Position numbers and translations under genes: made by a program. The notes beneath the pieces were generated by a model. The model ran no database searches. It saw only the letters and a list, made by a program, of their open reading frames with translations, and was not told where the DNA came from. A stretch of DNA of 64,000 bases, from positions 62,001 to 126,000 of IMG/VR virus record IMGVR_UViG_3300032516_000001; one strand, 5' to 3'. Every line of letters starts with the position of its first letter. Position 1 is the stretch's first letter. Positions 20,453 through 28,672 of this stretch are shown here, in pieces.

Positions 20453-20791
20453 TGGTGGACCCGGGGGTATCGAAACCCCGTCCGCAAAGTTCCGAATTCG
20501 TCTTCTACGTGCGTATCTGGTGAGACTGCACCAGCACAATATCGCCGAAGCGCGACTCCATCACCTGCTGTTTCTCATCCTATGTCGCAGGAATTCATAG
20601 GACCAGTTCGTGTACTCACGCCAGTAGCACTACTCGAACTCCTCATGCTACCAACGGCGTCACGGTTTCTTAGGCCGCGACGCGAACAGCATTGTCATTC
20701 GCTGCTATTGGTTGCTTGCTTGGTCATGGCAGGGCAAGCACTGCCAGCACGCAGACGTCTTCTTCCCTCCACGTCGAAACCTGTCGGGCCC
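20453..20791 (-). ncRNA. ssrA: tmRNA (339 nt), tag peptide ANDNAVRVAA* at 20702..20670
   Basis: 5' GGGCCCGACAGGTTTCGAC pairs with 3' CGGGTCC-A-CCA with G3.U70 Ala determinant; T-arm GGGGTTTCGATACCCC; pk1 TGGCAG/CTGCCA + TGCTTG/CAAGCA; helix 2 TGCGTGC/GCACGTA; tag ORF GCG AAT GAC AAT ... GCG GCC TAA. Confidence 0.95.
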
Positions 20792-20794
20792 TTT

Positions 20795-22564
20795 CTAACA
20801 TAACTTACAATCAAAACCCGAAACAGTTACATTCCGTTTTAACATGAACTTGATTTTTTCTTTACCAAATGACTTGTGATAATTATGCTTATCTGCATAT
20901 TCCTTTTCTTTCATACTCATTTTACATGCCCTGTTATACAATGTCTTCTTGTGTAATATGAACCCGTCTTCCCCGATATAATAATAATCTGGACGAACTA
21001 TTCCTATTTGATCCCAATTTGCAGCTTTGTATATGGTCCCAAAATGACCATAGGTTTTATCAGCGAATGAAACTAGACACACAATCTTACCAAAATTCGG
21101 ATCTTGGAAAATAGACCTGGAAATTCTGGATAGAAACCAAGAAGCGAAATTCTTCTTCTGATATCCAGGGTGTATGCAAAAACGATCAAGTTCCAAAACT
21201 TGTCTCGGATTTATATTCATGGAAGTGGCCACTTCCTCTCGTATTACAGACGAAAACTTACATATGGCAATGCATTGTGATTCAAGAAAAGCCCCGTATA
21301 TTATTTTTGAAGACCTCCCGAAAGCAGCATAATGATATGAGTTTAGGAAATCTACAGCATCACCAGCATTAACTGTAAAAATTCTGATGTCTGATAAATT
21401 GAATTGTTTCTGCTCAATTTCTGGTTCATGGCCGACAATGAAGTTATTGATCTTTGATGTGATGGCATGTGGATTGGAAAATTCATGTTCATACAAATAC
21501 AAAATTCTTGCAGATGGATCAAATTTCTCTAAATAAGTATACTTGGATGCATCTCTACACTGTCTATTAGGCAATGAGTGCCAATATTCCCCTTGACATT
21601 CTATGTATACATTATGATCGGGTAAGAAATAATCAAATAAATATGGCCCGATTGGAACCTGAGATTTATGTTTGATTTGCACACTATTAAGAATTAACTC
21701 AGTAATTTTCTCGATAGACGATTTTCTACCCATTTGAGCAGATCGGATCTTACCCATTTTTTCTCGAAATTTATCATCTTTCCATAATTCCTTACTTTGC
21801 AATATCTTCAATTCTCTATATTCCGGATCTTGCCATCTTCTCTTCAATCCAGAAACCACGGAATCTCTATATTCTGAATTATTCCATTTATTTTTTGCTG
21901 CTTTACAAGCTTTTATCTGAAATTCTGGATCTTGCCATTTGGTCTTAGCTATATTCGATAATTTAGTTTTATATTCTTCGGTCCGCCAAAGATCTTCGTA
22001 GTGTTTTCTATACTCTGGATCTTGCCATCTATCTTTTTGAAGCGTTTTTTGATGATCTTTATACCCTTCCCTTTGCCAAACCGATTTCTGTTGTTTAGAT
22101 TGATTATCTCGATATTCTTCATTTTGCCAAATCAGTGTTTGTTGTTTGGATTGATTATCTCGATATCCTTCTCTCTGTACAACTAACTTTTGTTTTTCTG
22201 ATTGTCCTGTTCTAAATTCTTTTGTTTTAAATTTTCTTTGATTTTCTATATATTCCGGAGTCTGCCACAAGTCTTTTTTTACTTTGATCTGATTTTCTCT
22301 AAATTTCGGATTTTCCCATAGTTCTTTAGTTCTATCAGACAATTGTTTTCTTCGTTCATCAGTATATACACGTTTCCTATTACACACACTGCATAATAAA
22401 ATACCACGTCTTTTAAGTCTCGCTTTTAAGCACAGAATTGATGTTATGATTGTGACATCACAATCATAACATCTTATTATAACATTTGATGAGTTATTCT
22501 GAGGCTGGCCAAACTGTGCTAAGGTCAAATCCCAAACAATATGTTCTTTTATATTTAATTCCAC
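20795..22564 (-). CDS. fusion protein: CxxC..CxxC + 17-aa W..PEYR repeats + Vsr/DUF559-like endonuclease + Mom-like GNAT DNA-modification domain
   Basis: SSIE...FDYFLPDHNVYIECQGEYWH...RDASK (Vsr/DUF559 pattern); FLNSYHY, VLELDRFC, NFASWFLSR, LVSFADKTYGHFGTIYKAANW (Mom-family pattern). Confidence 0.75.
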   Translation of the reverse strand: MELNIKEHIVWDLTLAQFGQPQNNSSNVIIRCYDCDVTIITSILCLKARLKRRGILLCSVCNRKRVYTDERRKQLSDRTKELWENPKFRENQIKVKKDLWQTPEYIENQRKFKTKEFRTGQSEKQKLVVQREGYRDNQSKQQTLIWQNEEYRDNQSKQQKSVWQREGYKDHQKTLQKDRWQDPEYRKHYEDLWRTEEYKTKLSNIAKTKWQDPEFQIKACKAAKNKWNNSEYRDSVVSGLKRRWQDPEYRELKILQSKELWKDDKFREKMGKIRSAQMGRKSSIEKITELILNSVQIKHKSQVPIGPYLFDYFLPDHNVYIECQGEYWHSLPNRQCRDASKYTYLEKFDPSARILYLYEHEFSNPHAITSKINNFIVGHEPEIEQKQFNLSDIRIFTVNAGDAVDFLNSYHYAAFGRSSKIIYGAFLESQCIAICKFSSVIREEVATSMNINPRQVLELDRFCIHPGYQKKNFASWFLSRISRSIFQDPNFGKIVCLVSFADKTYGHFGTIYKAANWDQIGIVRPDYYYIGEDGFILHKKTLYNRACKMSMKEKEYADKHNYHKSFGKEKIKFMLKRNVTVSGFDCKLC

Positions 22565-22583
22565 ACATAACTATACATTCGAA

Positions 22584-23246
22584 CTATGAACTTACGCGCC
22601 AGGTCCATCCAAGAGTACTTGTCGCTGGTTTATTTATAACTTTGAACGTGACGTAATTAACTAATGCGTCTTTCACCCTAACGTCTACAGTTGGATCATA
22701 TAACCCATTAGGTGGTAATATCGGATTTGTAATCGCCATATTCGTATCAATATCGCCGCCAAGTAATCCCATTTCTACCAATGGACCAACCGCTTCTGAT
22801 TCCGCAAATATTGTAGTGTAATCAACTACATTAGTCGGTTTTGCACTAATAGCCCCAAAGCTATCAATAAAATTAGATGTGGCGACTTGCTTGCGTCCTA
22901 TTTCATCATAAAGGGACCGTTGAGTAGGCTGACCGGATGGTGGGTTCATTGGATCCCAACCAACATCGCCGATCCCAACAGCCAAAGCATAAATTCCAAA
23001 TTTTGGCTCCGATACATTAGCCACCACTCCAGATTTCAGGAGCCTGGCAACTAATATACTAGCATCAATAGTAATGACATTCGTTATGTGACCTTGATCT
23101 TGGATTTCTCCGGTTTTCCCATCCCGCATAACCCAAAATACTTCACCTCTAAGTGATGGTATGCGTTCATGGCCATTGAAATGCATATTCATTCTCAAAT
23201 CCGAGTCAACACATTTGCGAATTTGTTCCTTCATCATACTAGTCAT
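22584..23246 (-). CDS. tail/baseplate structural protein (fibre-anchor type)
   Basis: AVGIG...SLYDEIGRK...FAESEAVGPLVEMGL...TFKVINK...WTWRV pattern typical of myovirus tail-fibre attachment domains. Confidence 0.6.
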   Translation of the reverse strand: MTSMMKEQIRKCVDSDLRMNMHFNGHERIPSLRGEVFWVMRDGKTGEIQDQGHITNVITIDASILVARLLKSGVVANVSEPKFGIYALAVGIGDVGWDPMNPPSGQPTQRSLYDEIGRKQVATSNFIDSFGAISAKPTNVVDYTTIFAESEAVGPLVEMGLLGGDIDTNMAITNPILPPNGLYDPTVDVRVKDALVNYVTFKVINKPATSTLGWTWRVSS

Positions 23247-23249
23247 CCA

Positions 23250-26200
23250 TCACAAAATCTTGAAAATTGATACCACAGGATTAGAGGCAGTTGGTGGTAA
23301 AAACAACAAAGGAGGCGTCCAGGGATTCACATATATTGAACCATTAAGCGTAAAATGAGTTGGATCAACAAACGTAATAACCCAACTACCGTTCGCTTCA
23401 ATTGTACCAATTACATTCATAATTATGATAGTATATCCTGTTAGAAATCCATGAGCGGAGGTTGTTTCAATTTCGACCTCTCCCCCATTATTGGCTGTAC
23501 CAATGATTTCTTTACCCATTGTACCCACAACCGTATATGCCTTGGGAGCTGTTACGAAATTGGAAGTATTGGTTAAACCTATTGATGGCGATGGCAACAA
23601 TGGTGTAGGACCCCAAGTAAATACTCTACGATTTTTGATTACTGGTGGATAATACGCTTCTGTTGGTGGTACGGGACGTGTTACAATAACCCCGCCACTC
23701 ACCCAAGGATTTATATACGCTGAACCATTAAGTGTAAAATGGGTTAACCCCCACAGACCTGGGGCGACTGTTATATCCCAATCACCATTTGCTTCGATTG
23801 TACCAAGTACATCAGTAATTGTAATATGATAACCAGTTGTAAGTTTATGTGGACTTGCTGTCTCAATTTCAATTTCTCCCCCACTATTATCCGTACCTAT
23901 GACATATAAAGTTTGATTGATATTCCAATGAATCCAATAGGTTTCATCATCAGATATTGGATGGAGATGACCAACATCCCCAGTTGCAAATTGCCAGAAT
24001 TTTATATTATCATATAGAACTCGAGATGGTGGATCTATTCTGATGAATATTGATGAACCATGAACTCCAGGCTCTACTCTATGAGCCTCATATCTGATTT
24101 TAATCTCGTTTGATAAAGTAACTAATGTAGCTGGATCCGAAGCATCTGGGGATATGATAATATTAGTTAAGTCATCGTTGGTATGAATTTTTTGAGTCTC
24201 TTTAATAATTCCAGATATGTGTTCATTGAACATCAATTTAGAAACATTAGCTAAATCAATGGCCGTGAGAAGATTGGAAGCTGGTGCTGGTAGAACAATA
24301 TTAAGTATATCATTAGCAAGATGCACTCTATACTGAATAACATGTAATAGATATTTGATCCTAAATTCATTCAAAATATCTATAGATGTTAATAGATCAA
24401 TCGCTACCGGAGAGATCATTATATTTGATGTATCGTCCTCGAGATCAGTAATATACCCACGTGTATTAATTAAATCTATGGACGAGATTATGTCCAAAGG
24501 TGTGGCAGTTTTCCTTAATCCACCACGTGATTGAAGATCCTGAGTCATCGGAACAGGGACAGTGTCCTCATATAATTCTGTATACGAAGATACTGTCTCA
24601 TCGGCCATGAAGTCATCTACCGGAGTTCCACCTGAATATACCTTAAATCCGAAATGTGGATGGACAACTTGGGTTCTCAAGTGATCTGGCGATACTACGA
24701 CATTGGCTTGATTTAAAACCTGATGAGGAATGATCATTCTTTCATTTAGTGTTATCTTTCCGATCGAATATCTAAGATATGACCATCGAGTCCTCGATAT
24801 TTCTTCAGGATCAAAGCTGCCGAATGAAATTGTAGGTTGTCCATAAACAATCGGACTTATGAAACTAGATGAGAATGGCGGCAATCTCAAAACATCATAT
24901 GATGCTGATATGACCGGGACTGCTCCACCATCTACATAAATAGATAATGAGCTGACTGGGTCTCTTACTATTCTATAAATGTGCGAAGACGTCCAGTCTA
25001 TTTGATGCAAATAGTATGAGCTTAAAAGAGTAGTGTCTCCTCCTCTGTAAATGCCGATATATCTACGACTAGCGGCAGTCAGATCATTAATCTTACTATC
25101 TCTAAATATGGCAATTGATTCCCAATCCACTACAGACTTGGCAGCTCGCATGTCAGAACTAGCAAGCTGATCACTACCAGACCCAAATGAAATGGATGCA
25201 GTTGATACACCAGAATTTAACCCAGAATACGTTGGTGCTGGGCCAAGGGCTGTCAGCGGTAATCCATCAGCATATACATAAACATTATCGATAACTTTCG
25301 AAGTGTAAATATTGAATGTATGAATTTGTCCGTCATTCCATGCAAATGCATACTGAGCCATTACATCTAATGCATCCGTAAATGAGTTATATGATGCTAA
25401 ATTCAAATATTGATCATTTGTAACTGGATCCATCATCAACTGTAATTCAGCATTTTTACCACCGGTACCTTCATTAACAAATATTAGAGCCCCCGCAAAT
25501 CTTAAAGTCAGCAGTGGACCGAGAGCCGGTATCCAATCCCCAGGAACGAATGATTTGACAGTAAGTCTTGCATCCAATTTCCAGTCAACGCTTGGACCAA
25601 ATGCTGGAGTAGTAACTAGCGTATCTGATTGGGTATACGCTAAATAATCAGATGTACTCGAATCGGTAATTCTGAGAACACGTCCCAGCATCGTAGATAA
25701 CTGAGTGCCAGAAACCGCCCACGGTTGACTATCTAGATCTGGTCTGTTAGCCCCAAACCATGAAACTTTTGGTTCCGGATTAGAATCCAACCCCAAATAA
25801 ATGCCGGGACTAAACCCTAATTTTGCAAGAGCACTTCCTTGCACAATTTCAAAACTAGCAGTGACGCCTAGATTTGCAGAAGTGAGTTTAATTTTTCCAC
25901 CATCGTCACTAGCAAATGCAAATCCGACATCCGGATGAATGTTTATTCTTGCTACAACAGCTGCAGCTGTTGTATCACCAGCCTGAAATATAATATTTAC
26001 GTCCGGACCATTATTGATTCTGATAACTAACAAGTCACCAAGAATAATTGTGAATAATTCATGGGCCGTTCCTAGGGTCGTTGCCGCTGATGGGGAATAC
26101 TGTAGGAAAGCGAACTGAATCGAAAAATCTTTATCATCTATGAATAACCCGGCAGACTTGTTGCTCAGCCCAAATGTGTAATAATCAACACTGGTCTGAA

Positions 26201-28652
26201 ATTCGATACTAGAAGCCGTGTCAACGGATAAAATGGGTTCCAAACGTGTATAACCACGATAAGCACCAGAGCTCAACCCCAATGCTGATATCTCAGCATC
26301 GGCTGCTTTGGCTGTTGAATCCAATAATAGAATATCACCCGGTAAGATTCTTTCATGTCCGCCTTGACCGATAGTCATCCAGGGAGCAGTCGGGTCTAAT
26401 TCCGGAATAACTGATGCTGCATAATCGACAAATTTATTGTCCTCAATTAAATTTGCATCTAACGGAGTCAAATTGGCGTATACAAGTTGCCATTTACTTA
26501 TCGATTTGGCATCTCTACCAATCGACCCGAAGAAAATTTGCTGTATCGGATCAAATTTACCATCTATATCAGATATGGCTGGGAGATCTATAACGTCAAC
26601 TTGCACGACTGGAAACACGCTAGCACTTAAATATAGAGACGCGTTACCACTCGGATCACGATAAATTCTATACGATTTGTATTCCGTCCAATCGGTAGCA
26701 TATGATTCCCATGCACTGTCGAATTCAGCATAATTTCTATTGGTCAAAATACCAACTTGTTTAACTTGTTCAACGCTATTTACTGTATCCTCAACAAAAT
26801 GCACCCCAGTTTGTTCACGATGTGCATTGAATTTAGTTCTAAGTTCATTCACTAAACCGATGGCTGTTGTTAAATTTGAAGCATTAGTTGACATAATGGG
26901 ATTCGTTATATCAACCAACTGATGTATTAGGCCTGCCCCACTCCCTTTTGCAATATGGGAATTGAATGTTGACTTTATACTATTCAGTAATATTACTAAT
27001 GATGTTAAATTAGTAGCATCAACGATAGGAATATAGCTACCAACATCATTTGGTTCATGCGATCCGATGTTAGTTAAATGAGCTTCGAATTTAGCTCTTA
27101 TATCATTAGCCATAACTATAGATGACGAGAGATTTGTAGCATCGGTTATGATGAATCCTACAATAATTACTTTTCTGCCATCAGAAATACCAAGAGATAC
27201 GCCAGTTGCCACTCCATCTGGAGTATATTCGCCAATTTTGACTCTAAAAGCAGCCGATATGACACTAGATGTCTCAATTTCAATATCATGAGTAAAGAAT
27301 GGGGGCATACTGTCCGCCCCCGTTTGAATATTCGAGTCAGTTATCATTAGCTCTGTCCCGCCGGAGGCAAGAGACAACACCCCATCACCTTCCAAAATCC
27401 ACGGATCGACTGCATTTTGAGGGAGCGTTGCTGGAATGTATCTAATGATAACTTCCGATATTTTTTGTGATAGAACTGGGAATGTCAATTTATTGATCGG
27501 AACATTTAACAATAAAGTAGTAGGATCATTCAGAGCGGCTGTATATGCGCGCTCATATCCCTTATATTTCCATCCGATTTTCCTAGGTTGGAAAGCAGAA
27601 ATTAAATCTGGAGTATGCCCTGGATTTATTAAATAAGATCTACAACGATATTTATGCTGTGGATAACCACAATAGTTCTTGTTGCCGTCTTGATTGAGAC
27701 AAAACTCTGGGGTGTTCAATCTCAAAAATCGAGCAGGAGGATTACTTATCCAGTCATAATCAACTGTTACAATATCTCCAGAATTTGGTTTAACGGACAA
27801 TACTATGGCTCCGAGCAAGCCAAATACAACATCAACAGCAACTGGATTTCCATTGACATAAGCTCGAACATCTGTTGGGTCATCTGCCACGGTGCCAAGA
27901 CGTGGATTTTGTAATGTCCAAGTTAATGGACCAGTAAGTAGACTCGGATAAGTGTCTGTCACTATTATTATTCTGGGAAGCGTGATGCGATTGATCATAT
28001 CGTCGTCAACATGAAAGTATCTATTCTTTCTATGGGTTTCGTATTTGCTCAAAATTTCATTCGCCAGAACCACAGCATCTTTTAATTGAGTGGCATCGTG
28101 TGCAGTAATAACTTTTCCTGTCAATGGATCAACGTCATCTTCGAATTTATGAACTGGTGGCGTTCCAGATATCATTATTGCATGTGCATTGAACTGAACT
28201 TTGATATCATTTAATAAATCAATAGAAGTGAGTAAATCGATAGCAATTGGCTTAGTTGTTATATTAGTCGTATCATCTGTACCATGAACGCCAGATTCTA
28301 TTCTGTGTTTGTTATAGTTATCTCTAAGAGTGTTTGCCATTGCCACAACCTTAGTAGTTGTAGCAGCAGGATCTGACGTATCTAAATTAGCATTGCGAAG
28401 AGTTAAACGGGTTGGACTACTAATATCAACAGTAAATGTTCCATCATTTCTGGCACCATCACTACCAGAAATTACTAGAAAGTATTCATTATATGCTGAA
28501 GTAAAACTGCCAGTTGGGACCTCAACTTCAGTCTCGGATATGACCTTAAGATTGGCTCCGGTAAGTATATCTAACGGTCTTTTTACAATGGGACCTTTGT
28601 TAGTGAATACGGTGCGGTCCCAAACGGAAGATAGACCAGTAAAAGCAACCAC
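23250..28652 (-). CDS. 1800-aa virion structural protein with three clusters of His-pair helical repeats and two C-terminal FCCH-like beta domains
   Basis: 9 copies of LxNxxxxx[FY]xxHx6-12HxxxD; duplicated ETxxxHxxxTGxxIxIxxVxGTIEANGxW domain. Confidence 0.75.
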   Translation of the reverse strand: MVAFTGLSSVWDRTVFTNKGPIVKRPLDILTGANLKVISETEVEVPTGSFTSAYNEYFLVISGSDGARNDGTFTVDISSPTRLTLRNANLDTSDPAATTTKVVAMANTLRDNYNKHRIESGVHGTDDTTNITTKPIAIDLLTSIDLLNDIKVQFNAHAIMISGTPPVHKFEDDVDPLTGKVITAHDATQLKDAVVLANEILSKYETHRKNRYFHVDDDMINRITLPRIIIVTDTYPSLLTGPLTWTLQNPRLGTVADDPTDVRAYVNGNPVAVDVVFGLLGAIVLSVKPNSGDIVTVDYDWISNPPARFLRLNTPEFCLNQDGNKNYCGYPQHKYRCRSYLINPGHTPDLISAFQPRKIGWKYKGYERAYTAALNDPTTLLLNVPINKLTFPVLSQKISEVIIRYIPATLPQNAVDPWILEGDGVLSLASGGTELMITDSNIQTGADSMPPFFTHDIEIETSSVISAAFRVKIGEYTPDGVATGVSLGISDGRKVIIVGFIITDATNLSSSIVMANDIRAKFEAHLTNIGSHEPNDVGSYIPIVDATNLTSLVILLNSIKSTFNSHIAKGSGAGLIHQLVDITNPIMSTNASNLTTAIGLVNELRTKFNAHREQTGVHFVEDTVNSVEQVKQVGILTNRNYAEFDSAWESYATDWTEYKSYRIYRDPSGNASLYLSASVFPVVQVDVIDLPAISDIDGKFDPIQQIFFGSIGRDAKSISKWQLVYANLTPLDANLIEDNKFVDYAASVIPELDPTAPWMTIGQGGHERILPGDILLLDSTAKAADAEISALGLSSGAYRGYTRLEPILSVDTASSIEFQTSVDYYTFGLSNKSAGLFIDDKDFSIQFAFLQYSPSAATTLGTAHELFTIILGDLLVIRINNGPDVNIIFQAGDTTAAAVVARINIHPDVGFAFASDDGGKIKLTSANLGVTASFEIVQGSALAKLGFSPGIYLGLDSNPEPKVSWFGANRPDLDSQPWAVSGTQLSTMLGRVLRITDSSTSDYLAYTQSDTLVTTPAFGPSVDWKLDARLTVKSFVPGDWIPALGPLLTLRFAGALIFVNEGTGGKNAELQLMMDPVTNDQYLNLASYNSFTDALDVMAQYAFAWNDGQIHTFNIYTSKVIDNVYVYADGLPLTALGPAPTYSGLNSGVSTASISFGSGSDQLASSDMRAAKSVVDWESIAIFRDSKINDLTAASRRYIGIYRGGDTTLLSSYYLHQIDWTSSHIYRIVRDPVSSLSIYVDGGAVPVISASYDVLRLPPFSSSFISPIVYGQPTISFGSFDPEEISRTRWSYLRYSIGKITLNERMIIPHQVLNQANVVVSPDHLRTQVVHPHFGFKVYSGGTPVDDFMADETVSSYTELYEDTVPVPMTQDLQSRGGLRKTATPLDIISSIDLINTRGYITDLEDDTSNIMISPVAIDLLTSIDILNEFRIKYLLHVIQYRVHLANDILNIVLPAPASNLLTAIDLANVSKLMFNEHISGIIKETQKIHTNDDLTNIIISPDASDPATLVTLSNEIKIRYEAHRVEPGVHGSSIFIRIDPPSRVLYDNIKFWQFATGDVGHLHPISDDETYWIHWNINQTLYVIGTDNSGGEIEIETASPHKLTTGYHITITDVLGTIEANGDWDITVAPGLWGLTHFTLNGSAYINPWVSGGVIVTRPVPPTEAYYPPVIKNRRVFTWGPTPLLPSPSIGLTNTSNFVTAPKAYTVVGTMGKEIIGTANNGGEVEIETTSAHGFLTGYTIIIMNVIGTIEANGSWVITFVDPTHFTLNGSIYVNPWTPPLLFLPPTASNPVVSIFKIL

Positions 28653-28672
28653 GTTCTGCGCTCCCTATTACC

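Noticed and set aside
20453-20483. tRNA gene or prophage attachment site suggested by T-arm plus CCA
   Set aside because: It is the 3' domain of the full tmRNA; no anticodon arm, no duplicated 3' end, no integrase, and phage genes continue on both sides
20582-20803. 73-aa plus-strand ORF
   Set aside because: Antisense to the tmRNA and explained by its GC richness
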